NCBI GenBank assembly: GCA_946965045.2
Contig: OX337240.1
Coordinates: 1,302,001-1,366,000, forward strand
Source of the DNA: Epithemia pelagica
Lineage: Eukaryota > Protista > Bacillariophyta
Length of the DNA: 64,000 bases
Reading direction: 5' to 3'
The notes under the pieces are model-generated. The model did not search any database and was not told the DNA's origin. It was given only the letters and a program-made list of their open reading frames with translations. The number at the start of each line of letters is the position of its first letter. The first letter of the stretch is position 1. The position numbers and the translations under genes are program-made. This document shows, in pieces, positions 21,668 to 35,536 of the stretch.

Positions 21668-23470
21668 TCACAGAGGTCCACCTCCATTGATTGTCGTTCT
21701 TTGATCCCCGCTTTGTTGTTCTTCCTGTTTGCTTCCCAGGTTGGTGGGATTGTTGATGGACGATCTCCATATGAAATTGTTCTGGTTCACATCGGAACGG
21801 TAATTTTCCAAGGGCGATCCTCTGGCAGTGCGTTCGGAAATACGGGACCGCAAGGCCACAGCCATGTCGTACCCATCCGTTTTGTAAATGGCAATGTAAA
21901 TGTCTTCAAAGACAGTCTCAGCCCATCGTTGTCCGGGAAAGTCATTCGGGTCGTTTCCGTAAGGATCATCCAATTCCATATTGACATACTCAAGTCCGAG
22001 AAAGCCGTAGGTAATGAAGAACATGAGGACAAACACTTCATACGGCTGATCATTGTCCTCCGCCAACACCAAGGGCAAGGTAAAGATCCAAAAGAAGAGA
22101 AATGTTCGTGTCATTTGAATGAGCGGAAAGGGGAACGGCGTCGATACAAGTTTTTTGAGTTCATGGTACGCCGCCACAAAATCTGACACCAAACCCATCA
22201 GCTTGAGAGATTCATTTACATGCCATGGACGTTCTTGCAAAATGGTGGAATTAGTCTTTCGTGGCCACAAAACTGGAAAAAGAGATGACCAAGTTGGTAG
22301 ATTCGAGTCACGACAAAAGAGGGGAAGGCAATGAATGTGTGAGAATCAATCAAGCCACACAATGAAAACTTCTAATAAGTGATTCCATGTCCGTCTCAAG
22401 GGATAAGGAAAAGGCAATATCGACGTACTGGCTTCTCGCAAGTTGTAGGCCCAAACAATAGGAGCTCGAAAGTTTTCATCCATCCGAGTACGGGGTCCAT
22501 GGGCCAAAGTTCGAAGAACGGCAAAGTGATCTGTCGAGGGTTTGTATTCACTGGCCATACTGTCTGTGCGTGGCCCCATATCCCGTTCTGAGGGCTGACT
22601 GCCAGAGGAGAATGCTCGATCTCCATGCAGTTCCTCGACAAGAGTCGCATCATGATGTTCCACAATCAATTCTGTCTTTTCGTGCTCTCCGTCGGGAATG
22701 ACCTCCCATGTATTGACTCCCTTGGATCGGTATTCCAACGCCGCAACGGCCACGCGCAAGGTAACAATGGTCCGATAGGCTACTTCACTCCGCCACTTTT
22801 TGGCCTCCACCGACACATTTTGATTGGTTAAGATGCAGGTGTAATGAACAATTTCACGACTGCTTCGATACAGATTTGCCAAATGTTGCCTCGCTTCCAT
22901 GAAACGATTGTAAGTAATAGTGGTTCGAGTCACAATCAAGAAGGAGACCAAAATACTCATAAACGAGTGGCCCGTGTTGCTGGCAATGGTCAAATCGACA
23001 ATCTTGTGTTCGCGGAGATACCAAACAGCACATGTCACCACCAAAACAGCCAAGCACCACGGCAACACAGCTGGCCATACAGAGCCATACAATTGAAATA
23101 GCACACTAAAGTGATTTTCTCCATCGTATTCGACATCGCGCTTGAACCGGTTGCTGTGCACCTGATTGTCCCCACGTTGTTCGTGTCGTTGTGCCTTGAG
23201 GCGTTTGTTCTTCAAACTCGGTCTATCACCAACCACAAAGACGGAATTACGACGTCTACGAAGTTCTGATTGACGTTCTTCTCGTTTGCGCCGCATTTCC
23301 GCTTCTTCCGTCAAAGGCGCTCCCGGCGATAAGAGCGAAAAGTTCAGGATAGAGTTGCGAGCGCTACCCCTCCGTTGCTGAGGCAAAAGCCTTGTCCTCT
23401 CATTGTCCCCTTCAGATATTGGTAAGTCAAATTGAACCGCACTTTGATATTCGTCAGGTCTCTGCGCCAT
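21668..23470 (-). CDS. Bestrophin-family (YneE/VCCN-type) anion channel
   Basis: complement join(21668..22272,22429..23470). Motifs GSVWP, SFLIVTRTTITYNRFMEAR, PFPFPLIQM and MELDDPYGNDPNDFP. No signal peptide from ATG 23470. Confidence 0.9.
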
Positions 23471-24785
23471 GGTCGAATCTTTTGTTGTTGTTGGGTCGTT
23501 GCTATTTCCAAGGAGGAAACTGACGACGTGTGAGAAGATGAGCGGCAATACGTATCTGGGGTAAAATATCAAAATTTGAAAACTAATTCTCTGCTAAATT
23601 AGATGTCTGAGCGCTTGGTTCGAAAAAATTACGTAAAATTATATCTAATAAAAAGATAAACCGCTAGGAACTCCTAACTTTAAAATCTATCAAGGCCATT
23701 TTCACCCATTCCGAGTCGGTTGTTTTATCTTGAAAGGCCGCAATCCAGTCCCGTTGAGACAGCATTGGATCTTGGAACGATTATGGCAAAAAATGACAAT
23801 GGTTTCTTCCGAGATTGTGCAAGTTGACCATTCCTTCTTCATATTTCATATCACGCGACACAGAGGACTGTCTAGTAGAGAGAAGGTATTGGCTCCGAAC
23901 TCCTAACATCACTGGTCTGTCAAATAAGAAGCAGGTCTGTAAAACACCACCTACAACTTTGAATGACGAGGTGATGAGATAAGCGAGAGGGGAGTAACAT
24001 GAAACATAGCCTACCGTTGTCAGATTTGCAACACGCAGGGACCCTCTCTACAACTACGGATTTAAATTAAAAGATGGTAAGCAAGCCTAAGCTATCCCTG
24101 GCTGGTAAATTCGTTCGCACTACTCCTAGCTACGGTCTACGGTAGCTAGAGAGTCATGGTTCATGGTGGCCGAACAAGTGAGATGAGATGAGCGGCAATG
24201 GAGATAGACGCATTCCCAATTCCCACGATGCGGTTGCGTTAAAAAATGGTTGGTGACCGACCGTGACCGGCTTATCATGAGCGACCTATCTGCTTTATCA
24301 AGTCCATGAAGAACCATAAGCATCTTATTGCCGTTGATGACAGAATAACGAACAACGAACAACAACAAACCTTCGATCTATGACCTACTCCCTAGCGAGT
24401 AATGTTTAGTCGTGATCGTGAATGACTCGTGTTACTCAGAATGCAAAATCTCTCATTCACGACCGAATCACACTTTCGCTACTAGCTAGGGGGTAATAAT
24501 CTTCGACCACGTTCGCAAGATGTTTTGTGTCTCCATTCTCTTCTCCCTTGATGTTTTTATGGCCCCATCATCCGTCACATTCCACATTCCACCGTTCCTC
24601 ATTCATGATCAACCAGTTTGGTCCTTCATTCAAGAACTCTCTACGAGCTCGTGTATGCTAAACGTAACCAGAAGCTTTTGTTCCTAAGACAGAGAACGTC
24701 GGGAACTCTACTGAACTCGTAGATCCAAGAGGTTCATTTCTCTTTCCTTGACATTCAAATCCGATTCCTTTCAGCTCTCGAGAGA

Positions 24786-26225
24786 ATGGAAAACGATGAC
24801 AATGGCGACACACAAAGCATACACCCTCATGTTCATGGTGCCTTGTTTCCACTTCTGAATCAGATTGCACGTGATAATGATTATGGGCCCCACAGAATCA
24901 CAACCCTAACGATTGGTCATCCGGGGAGTCATTCACTGCCTTTGAATGGATGCTCCATTGATCACATTGCCTTGATTTTGAGTCATCACAAACTTTACAC
25001 AGTTACGCACCTTTGTTTGATCAATGTTGCTCTTCAGCAGAATGATACAGGAGCCATGGCATCAATGAAACAGTTTTTGGAGAATAACCAAAGGTTGACA
25101 AAGCTTACTATGTGGAGTAGTGGCATGCCTCCCATTACTTCCAACACAATGATACGAAATTTGATGGATTTGGGAGCGCCTCCAGCTGGTTCCATTCGTA
25201 GAGACCAAGAAAATACCGACTGCACAATCCTCGAGTGTATGGCGGCGGCGTTGTCGCGAAATTCATCAATCACTTCACTAAAGCTTTGTCACTACGATTT
25301 TGCTCGAAATGCAAGTGCCCTTCAAGGTCTTGGACACTTACTAGAGTCCAAGACAAACTTTAAGTCCATCGAGTTCGAAGAATGCGCCCTGGACCACGAC
25401 AATTTTGCTTCGGTGGTGAACCATGGCACTAAAACGGCTCAGGCCAAGTTCCTTGAAGGCTTGGCCATGCAATCGGAATTGGAGTATTTTGGGTTACAGT
25501 TCTGCCGCTTGAGTGACCGCACTGGAGCAAACATATTAAAGTTCTTGTCTAATCGTAGAAGGGCAGACAATTTCATGAAAAGCGACATCAAGGCGACTAC
25601 GGCATCACTGCGTTGTCTTTCGTTTTGCAAATGTGCCTCTTTCGGACGAACAACCTTTCAGTCACTCAACAACTTCTTGATGGCACAGCACGAGGAGCGG
25701 TCTTCGTCCTCGTTACCATGGACATGCCATGGTCTCGAAGAACTTGAGATCAATGTCGATATTGACCAAGTAGAGGAAGGAGACAACAATGGTCAAGTTC
25801 GTCGTTGCTGGGACGACGAATGGAGACACGACTTCAGCTTTGTTTTGAGCGAATACAATGACTCTTTGCAAAGGCTTCATCTTGTTTTGAAGGGGGGCGA
25901 CGATCGCACGGTTTCCCCACAGCTGCGTTATTGGCAGGAGCACTTAACGCTGGTAATACGAAGAAATCGTGCCATCGGGGCAGTACGGAACAGCTTCTTG
26001 CTTGCAAACAACCCTCGCGAACCAAAACGGCATTCTGATAGTTTACCAAGCCGCTGTGGGAACCACATTGGCTTGGCAGTATACGGCCAAGCCTTGGTCA
26101 AACTGATAGCAAAGAATTCCTCCACGCAAACGCAAAGTGGGCGTTCTGCACGGGAAGCTGAAATAGGACTGTCAGCCGCCTTTTTGACACTCTCCGTTCT
26201 TTTACCCAAGTTGTGTCAACGATAA
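24786..26225 (+). CDS. RNI-like leucine-rich-repeat protein of a diatom-expanded family
   Basis: Repeated LxxLxL units (LTKLTM, ITSLKL, LEYFGL, LRCLSF, LEELEI, LQRLHL). C-terminal IRRNR...YGQAL...GLSAAFLTL. Confidence 0.75.
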   Translation: MENDDNGDTQSIHPHVHGALFPLLNQIARDNDYGPHRITTLTIGHPGSHSLPLNGCSIDHIALILSHHKLYTVTHLCLINVALQQNDTGAMASMKQFLENNQRLTKLTMWSSGMPPITSNTMIRNLMDLGAPPAGSIRRDQENTDCTILECMAAALSRNSSITSLKLCHYDFARNASALQGLGHLLESKTNFKSIEFEECALDHDNFASVVNHGTKTAQAKFLEGLAMQSELEYFGLQFCRLSDRTGANILKFLSNRRRADNFMKSDIKATTASLRCLSFCKCASFGRTTFQSLNNFLMAQHEERSSSSLPWTCHGLEELEINVDIDQVEEGDNNGQVRRCWDDEWRHDFSFVLSEYNDSLQRLHLVLKGGDDRTVSPQLRYWQEHLTLVIRRNRAIGAVRNSFLLANNPREPKRHSDSLPSRCGNHIGLAVYGQALVKLIAKNSSTQTQSGRSAREAEIGLSAAFLTLSVLLPKLCQR

Positions 26226-26508
26226 CGCGATAACGCGTCTGTGAAACATATTTCATTGTTTTGGGACGAATTACCAAGCATCACCTTGTAAATTGTCTTG
26301 CATGCATGGATTACCTCATAGCGAGGTTCAACAGAGGGACGCAATGTTTCTCTATCCAAACAACTTCATAATCTAAGCTTCTATCTCCTTGCTCTACCAA
26401 CCTGCCATTTGTTTGGTTTTGATTTTCTGACGCATCCTCGCGCTTCATCTCACATTTTCAATTCGACCAATGTTAAGAATAAGGGTGAACCTAAGCTACT
26501 ATGAGAAG

Positions 26509-27882
26509 TTAATCCATCTTTCCGCTGGCAAAATATGACTTTTCATAATTGGGCAAGCGGATATGCTCAGGGTATTCGGCGGGGGCGTGAGGTTCCAAAG
26601 AGGAGGCGTAAATGTGGTCCGTCAAGTCCTTGGACGGATCAGGTCGAGGCGATTCCTTGGCTTGCAAAACTTCTGCTTGCACTTGTTTACGGATACGTTT
26701 CTCGGCCTCCTTGATTTCATCTTCGGTTGAAAAGTTGGCATCCAACAAGCATTTGCGAACAAATTCCACTGGGTCTCGAGTTGATCGCGTCAAGGCAATT
26801 TCTTCACGGTTACGGTAGGTCGTACCGGGATCAGACATGGAATGACCATGGTATCGGTAAGTTTTGGCTTCTACGTAAATTGGACCGTTGCCAGATCCGG
26901 CCCATTCCTTGGCAAAACGCATACCTTCTCGGACAGCCAAGACATTCATACCATCCAAATGAATGCCAGGAATGTGATTTCCCATTTTGTAATATTCGGA
27001 AATACTAGAGTGTCGATCAATGGAAGTTCCCATACCATATTGGTTGTTCTCAATACAAAAAATCATGGGCAGTTTCCACAAGGCCGCCATATTGGCCGAT
27101 TCCCAAATCTGGCCTTGATTGGCAGCACCATCACCGTAACAAGCCACGGCAACATTCATCTTATCGGGATGACCGGCCAATTCAGCCTTGTACTTTTGAG
27201 CAAAGGCCAATCCAGCTCCCACTGGCACTTGTGCACCGACAATGCCTTGTCCACCATAAAAATTCTTTTCTTTGGAATACATGTGCATGGATCCTCCCTT
27301 CGCTTTTGTCATTCCACCCAAGACACCGAACAACTCACCAACAACCGAGGCGACACTTCCTCCACGAGCCAAGGCTACACAATGACACCGATAGGAGGTG
27401 ATCCATTTATCGGCTGGTTCAAACGCATTTTGAATCCCCGTTGCGACGGCTTCTTGTCCATCGTACAAATGACAAAAGCCACGAATGTTGCGGGCCTTGT
27501 ATTCGTTGTCACAAGTGATTTCCATACGACGCATTGTGTACATGAGTTCAAACATGGACCACAACTCATCTTTTGTGGCAACAACCTCCGTGGCCGGTTC
27601 AGTCTCCAAATTGTGCATCTAGAAAAGTAAAAAGCAAGTGAATCCAAACATCGATCAAGCCAAATAACATAGGAAGCGAATGAGCAACAGCAACATCATG
27701 TCAGAGATTCCACCAACATTTGACGAAACAACAGAGACGTAGAACCTACGTACTTTAAAGGCTCCCGAAAGATCAAACGTAAAGGAATCTCCCGACGCCG
27801 ACGAAGACAATGAACGGACAGCATGGCTAGTTGTTCTGGGCAACCGCGGCATCGAGTCCAACAATCCTCTTCTCATCAACAT
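26509..27882 (-). CDS. PDHA1: Mitochondrial pyruvate dehydrogenase E1 alpha subunit
   Basis: complement join(26509..27618,27754..27882). Arg/Ser-rich presequence. IRGFCHLYDGQEA, YGDGAANQGQ (TPP motif), TYRYHGHSMSDPG. Confidence 0.97.
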
Positions 27883-28055
27883 GTTCTCAATCAACTTTCT
27901 CTCGTTCGTCGGCACTTTTTTGGCTTGGTCCTTTGTGCGAAAACAGCGCAATGCTTCGCGTCTTGTCATCGTCGGATTTGGATCTTTAGGTTTAAATTCA
28001 AAATCTTGAGTTTAAACTTTAAACTGCTCATCCATCACATTTTTTGGCTTTCACC

Positions 28056-31000
28056 ATGGCGACGACCAATACGACAGCCGTCGACAACAACAACAATAAG
28101 AAAAAGAAGAAATTGGCTGTTCGCCAACAAGAGGCGACTCCTCTCCCACACGATGGTCCGCTGTATCACGTTCTTCAAAACAAGCTAATCGAAAAACAAA
28201 ATGAAAATGGAGAACTTCCTGTTCCTTCATCATCTTCTTCCAGTAACCATGCGAAGGATACAACAGCATCTTCACAGCAACAACCTCAGGACGAGGACCT
28301 GGATCAAAAATGTGTGGAAATTCTATGGTTAGAAGCGAGAAATGCGTGTAAATCTTCAGGTTCCTTGTCAGGATTCCACCATCCAACGACGGGTGGTGGT
28401 GATCATCCTTCTGTTCCATCCAAGAACGACCATGACCATGCCATGGAACGAGAGGCGCTGCTGCTGTTGCACAAACTGCGAACGGCTGCACAAGTTCAAC
28501 ATCAGTTGTCAGCATTGCAATTGTTCAAGACAAAGCTCTTGCAACAACGACAACGTGATCAGCAACACCATCGACCCGACTCCGAGGGCCTCAGACACGA
28601 AACAGACCAGTCTGAAACGAATCAGGAAGACAACGACGACAATCTCAGTTGCACACACAACAAAGCAGAATCATCCGTCAGTTCCAATCTTGCGTCCGAA
28701 TCATCATCTCGTTTAGCAACTGCCTCGTTGTATCGAATACTGTTGGAATGGTCTGCCAGTGTTGAAACGCCATTGCCGTTACGCAAGAGCATTCACAGTT
28801 TACTGGATTCGTTGTGGAAAATGACAGAAGACACAAGAACTGTCACGTTGTTACCCCCTTCTCTATTGACCGCCTCATTTATTCAGGTCGTGGAATCTAT
28901 TACCAACATGGATGGAGCGGTTCCAAATGTTCTGGTGGACAAGAGTGACAAGACGACTCCACTGTCATCGTCACTGAGAGATACGTCGTCAAGAGAGTCG
29001 TGGCAAAGACCTGTACATAGTCTCGATATTCTCTTTGCCCTGTCTCAGCTGCACGATGCATCTCCTGCTCCGAATACTGATGGCAACACAACTTCTTTGT
29101 CCACTCCCAACTCGTTGAAGCAAGAGTTTCAATTATATCAACATTTTCTTCCCCGTGTTTGGCCCTTCCTTCAATGGCTGACCACGACGCATTTACTTCC
29201 TCGATTACAGCGTGACAGAGTTGCCAGATCGGCAATGGAAGAGTCACAGCCGACTCAAGAAACATTCGACGATGATGAAGTCATTTTTGAACAAGCCATT
29301 CAGACTGCGTCCTTGACGAAGTCGCTTCTTGAGTTGACCAAGGTTGTGGCAGAATCAAGCGATGGGACCCAACGGTCAGTTGGCATCCTTCCTTTGCGGG
29401 CATGTCGAACTGTGTTGTCACAGTTGACCTGGTCACTCTTGGCGTCTCCCTGGACGCCTACGGAATCATTGGTTGTCATTTCCATGGCACATGGACAGCT
29501 CCTAGCGGATAATGTGGTCGACAAAGAAGAAGATACGAGTAAGCTACCGGGTGATCTGAATCAAAGTTTCGAAGGAGAAACCATGTTCCACTGGAAGACT
29601 CTTATCGGGCGTTCGGCCACTCACAATCAAACTGCGGAGTCCCTCGCAGATCTACCTCGCGCCATTTGGCTACAAGGATTGTTGGCCGCCGCGGCGACCG
29701 ATCACGACATGTTTGATAATGAGGATAGCGCCGAAGCACAGTGCCTGGCAATTGATTTTCTAGACGAATTGACAGAGCTTGTATCGAATGCAGGGGATCC
29801 AGATGTTCGCTTGGCGGCCATAAAGGGACTTCGAACTCTGACCAATCGTTGTTTGTCGTTTCGACACGTTTGTGTCCATAACAACAAGGAGCAAAAACCA
29901 GATGGGATGGAAAAAGGCTTGGCCATTATTGTTGATCGACTGTTGGAGTGCGTGTTAATGGCATGGGAGAATCCGCCAACCCGGAAATTGGCCAATGCGA
30001 TTCCGCCACTATTTGAAGCTACGCTGGACTTGAGTTTCTCGCTTGGAAGAGAACAGCAAAAAGGGAGCACAAACAGCCCCGTTTCGCCCGATCTCCCACA
30101 GAAAACCTTTGTGTCGCAATCACTGGTGGAACGGTTTCTCCAACAACCACCGAACCGTAAAGGTCGATACAAAGCCTTGGAACTTCTCTTACCCCGAGTT
30201 GGAGCCAAACGACTTTTGGAAGCTGGCAAACAGTATCAAGCACCGCCACTAGGACCAGTGGAAGGAGCACACGACGTGACAAATGACTCCAAGAATCAAT
30301 TGTTGGATGACTTGCTAATGGGTATTGGTGAGATAGGGCACAACACAGGCCCGATTGCAGATCTATGGGCGAAACTTCTCCATGGCTTGCTTGTGGAAAA
30401 CGAGCAGGGCACTGACATGGACACATCCGCGATGGAAGGCAGCCTACCTGTTTCGTGGATTCACGTTTGGGTTCCTAGTCTGGCACAATCTTTGACTCAT
30501 CTCAAAGATTCTAAACGACGTAAACAGATTGCGTCGTTTTGCTTGCCTCGCCTTTCTATCCTGGTGGGAGGGCAAAATTCAGCAGTGGTGGCGACCGTGT
30601 TCACTGCACTCATCGACTATATCCAAAACCGTCTTGAGCCAACACATGCTGTGCTCGCAACGACCCCTTCATTGGAGCACGAAACATTTCGTGATCGTCA
30701 GTTGTGGACTGTGTGCGAAGTAATTCGATATGCCGCTGCAGAACGACTTTTCCCGCAAGGTAGTACCAACAAGACACGCCGGTATCCCAGCCTGGATCAG
30801 GTCGTCGCTACCGCCATTCCTATTGAAAGATTGAGGGAAGCTCTTTTGCACTTTTCTCCGTTGATAAGAGTTGTGGCATTTCAGGCAATGACATCAATTG
30901 TATCGACATATCCTGACAGCCATGATGGAAATGTTACCGTGATGCATGCCATCTTTACGGAAATGGAGCTTTGGAAAGAATCGCTTCCCTACGCTATCAA

Positions 31001-34000
31001 AACAGATGCCAAAGAGTACATGTCGTCACTTCTCTACTGCTTGCTTATCTTCATGGATCGCTTATGTCTTGAGGAATCACTTCGGAAAACTCCAATTGAC
31101 GCAAGTCAAACGCAGTCGATCATGCTCAACTTTGTTGTAGACTTTCTTCTCAAAGAGGTTTTCCTTCGCAAAGGTGCGTACCCCGGGACGGTGTATGTCA
31201 AAGAGACTTTTTCTCTTGCCCTTCTTGAATGCATCGTTGTATTCACTTGCCGGGAACTGGACATTGCATGGGAAAGCAAACTTCTCCCCAAAGGTGGGGG
31301 TATTTTTCATCGGAAACGGAATCAACGTGAGGAAATGGTACTTGTCGCCATTCGACAGGCTCTTTTGGATCGCGAAATTGTCGCCTCGTTGCAGTCCTTG
31401 CTCCAATCGTCATGGGATAGCACTCGAAGTTCAGCCTTCAAGATGTTGACGAATCAAATACTTATGGGGCGAACGTATGGACAGCAAGATCGCACATTGC
31501 TGTTCTCGAACGTTCAATGGGGTAGCTCACAGTACATTGAAAATCGCGCATTTTACTTAGTGTCTTCACCTCGTCAACGAGAGGCTGACACTGGAGCCCG
31601 TTCTCTCGCGTTGCTGTGTCTCTGTAAACCCTCGTTCAGTGAAAGAATAGATTATATGAATAAACTGCTGACGATACTGGACAGCAGAACGAAGGAGATG
31701 AAGATTGTTCTCGAAAAGATCCTTGCAGCTGAGCCAAATCAGTCTTCCGGAGGGCAGCTTCCGTTGGCGCATGGGATCATTCGAACTCTGCAATTTGTTA
31801 TAATGTCACCAGCGCTACGGGGAAGAGGAGAAGCGATTCCTTCGGATGTTCTTCATCGTCTTACGACAATAATGTGTAGTGCCCTACAGGTGTCGCTGTC
31901 TGTTGTTGCTGACGTCAAGGACGGGGAGCAGTTGGAGGGCCTCGAGAGCGATGGTACTGATGTCGGACACCATGAAGTATTTTCAATTAAAGGGAAAATA
32001 AACCCAGGGGCTATTGGTGCGAATGGTAAGTTCTTTTCTTCGGTCTACTCTTCTTCGTCGTCCATATCCTCGTCCTAACATTTTGGTTCTGTTACTCAGG
32101 GATCTTCGCATCAGTGTCTCGTTTGGATGACGGAGAGTATCAGCGGAGACTTGCATCACAAAGGATCATAATGGGGTCGTGGTTACTGATGAAAGAATCA
32201 TGCGCAGCTGCAGCTCTAAGTCTAACGGCAAAAGAAAACGTACAAGACCGTGTTCAAATCAATCATGTCGGTGTCTTGTTGATCAGTACACTCACGTCAC
32301 TGAAGCATACTGGAGCGGCATACGCTGCACACAATTCGTTGCAGCAGATTGCGCAACTTTGCTTTCAGAAAAAGCATCTTCAAAATTTATCAACAGCGTG
32401 GGTGGAGCGATTGCTCGCTGAGATTACGCAGACAGAAAAAGTGAGAGATTCGACACTCAGAAGGAGTACAGGGTATGGGTTGGGGTTCCTGTCGATAATG
32501 CGAGCAGATGTGTTGACTCGAAAGCCTCCAAGGCAACTCTGTCGGAAGTTGGTCTATTGTATCCTTCGTCTTGCAATGCCTTCGAAAGAATCTCTTGATG
32601 CATTAACGGAAACCATTTATGGAACTTCTTATGAAGAACACAAGTCTGTTTTCCAGTTCTCTGTGGACGCGACGGTTGACCACATAAGACCGACAAAAGA
32701 GACAGACTATAGTGTCCGGACAAGGGTGCACGCTCTGAACGTATTACGCATGATGGCTCTGGATGCTCCGTTGAGCCAAGAAGTTCAGCCATATCTTGGC
32801 GAGGCAATTGCTGTAGCCATCCTTGGTTACTTGGACCCCGACTGGGGAGTGAGAAACTCATCATCAATGGTATTTGCGGCCTGCTTGCTTCGTATCGTTG
32901 ATGCTGACAAGAATGCCGTCAACTCTGAAACGAAGAGCAGCAATGCGATAACAATTGCTGAGTTGTTCAGGTTATATCCTAGACTTCCTCAATTCTTGGT
33001 GGCTGTCCTCGGAGGTAGTCTAAATGGGAAGCTACAGGTTGAGAAGGACCTCCCTCCAATCTTACCCATCCTGATCTTGCTTTACAGAGTACAACCATCC
33101 CATTGCTCAGACCAAGATTCAGTAGCTCACTTTAATCCTTTCGTGGGACTTGTTTTCAAGTCCTTGGGTCATTCAAACTTAGCGATTCGCAAAGCAGCCT
33201 CAAGGGCACTTGGTAACATGGCATCTTCGCACAAACAATCTCCTTCGTTCGTGGAGGAACTCTATGCGAGAGCATTTCACGGGTTGAAACAGCGAAACAA
33301 CTGGAACTTCTGTCATGGATGTCTTCTAACAATTAACGAACTGATACAAGCTCACTCGGTTCATACTGAAGACTCGTGTGTTGAAGCTCTTTTCCATATG
33401 GTACAAGTTCGCTCGATACGGAAAACTCCGCCGTTGTGCCAAGCTGAAGTATTACTTGCATTGAGCAACATGCCAAACAAAGACGAAAATCATAAAGCAA
33501 AACTTGCGAAAGTTTGCTTTGCCCTGCTTTCTTCTGCAAATCCGTCTAGGTCACTCTCAGTAACAGATGTGGGATTTGCGGAAACGTCCAGGGTTGCGTC
33601 CAGCGTCGCAACAAGGGTCGTGGTGCTGAAAATGCAAGCATCAATAGTTAAGCACTGTGACTTGGAGGAAAATGACATGGTGACATTATCTTCTTTGCTC
33701 AAGTGCAAACTGTTTGATGCGCGCATCGCGAGTGTGAAAGTTTTGAAGAAATCCATTTATGGCATGATTGACCAATGTCTCGTATCAAGCGAAGTCAACC
33801 GGGAAACTGCTCGGAGAGTTTTGTCGAAGCTACACGAAACAATTTTTTCTTCATTAAACACCGAAATCAGATGCGATGAAGGCGCTCATCCTCCAACACT
33901 GCGACGACTTGCTCGATGTCTCCTTGAATGTATGGATGGAGAGCAATCATTGAATTCTGAAGTGGGACTGGGCTCCGGACTTGGTGATGTTGGTATTTCA

Positions 34001-34975
34001 CTTTGGCACTTTGACAAAAGAAAGACTGCCCTCGAGAGAGAACAAATCGTTGGGGAAAATGCAACACAGCTTCTAGGGATCGTTGCTGAGCTTCTATCGT
34101 GGGATTGTCAAACATCTCAACTACAGGGTCTTGTTGAACTAGTCAAGCAAATCAGTTCCCCAGCAGTTTCTTGGAGGCTGCGGCACTCTGCGGTTGTGAC
34201 GGTTAGGAGGTTACTTCGAAACCGTGAAGTTCCAGAGGATACCCGGGTTCCAGTTTGGAGTCTTTGTTTTTCATTACTACAAGACTCAGATGCTGACGTT
34301 CGATACGTAGCATCAAAGACCATCACCGATTTTCGAACTTCAAAGATTGTTACTCTGGTGCCCGAGCACCACCTGGTCGGCTTAAAAGGAGTATCCTATG
34401 ACTCTTTTTTGTGTGAAACACAAAGATTTGGCTTCGATACTCGGCATCGATCCTCGATGATGTACAGAGAGCTCCTGGAGAGTCTTCGGACGGGAAAGTC
34501 GGACGACATTCCAAATGTGGGAACCGATCGCAAGATTTTTGAAGCAGAAGAGCCAAATTCTTACCTCGAATGTCTTTTGTACTATCAAGCCTCTTTGAAA
34601 ATGGTATTGGATCTCCCGCAGAGAAACACCGACGACACTCAAAATGAAGTTGCACTTGAATGTTTATCGCTCTGCAACGAAATTGCATGGACTATAGCAA
34701 ACGTAGCACCAGAGGCAGCGGTTGAAATGACGCGATCCAATTCTTTGTTCCCTGGATTGCATGCACTCCTTTTAGGCTGCTCTGTTATTGTGTACATGGG
34801 AATCGGAGAAAGAACGAATGTCAATGTTGAGGCCCTCGCCAATCTTTGTCACAAGGACAGTCATCCTTTCGTTCGTGGGGCTTCGCTTGTCCTGACCAAG
34901 GCAAAGAAGGATGACAAGTCGACGTATGATGGCCTCCTGGATCAACTCTTCTTGTTGCAGCGGAAAGAAATATAG
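28056..34975 (+). CDS. THADA: THADA / Trm732 armadillo-repeat tRNA 2'-O-methylation partner (DUF2428)
   Basis: join(28056..32025,32100..34975). LKHTGAAYAA, STLRRSTGYG, RVHALNVLR and WGVRNSSSMVF are THADA/DUF2428 motifs. Confidence 0.9.
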
Positions 34976-35536
34976 CAATGAGCGTCTTTTACAGAGCAAC
35001 AGAGCTCATGAGCGAAGCCTTCCTCAGCTAAGTGCAAGAATCAAAGACCAATCCTCATCAGTTGTTCTTTCACAGGACCAGGCCACGGACACAGGTTGAA
35101 ACGAGGAGATTGTCTTGATTCTGCGATGGTGGCAGATTGTGTGGAATAGGCACATCGATGCGTGAATATGGCATGTGAAGTTGGCGATTGGGCTTGTGAT
35201 GGTGTTTTCTGCTGTCCGTTGTTCGACGGAAACAAGAGATTGGATATTTTCACTCCATTAATTTACTACTCCTTCCATACAACGTCAAATCTATTCAAGG
35301 CATCAACCATAGGTGCAGGCCTCTCCCTTTCCTATGAGATAAACGACAGGAAAATGGAATTATTTCCCTCCAAACTACTCCTACTCCTTCCTCAGTGCGC
35401 TTGCGTCGGTCATCCTAGCTATCATAGCATAGTGGTTGGTCGCGTATTTCGTTCATGCACAGCGGTTTCACAATTCACAACAATTCGAATGCTGTTTTTT
35501 TTCTAAACATCGATTTTATGTTCTCATCGCTCCAAG

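Noticed and set aside
26842-27630. 262-aa plus-strand ORF
   Set aside because: Antisense shadow of PDHA1.
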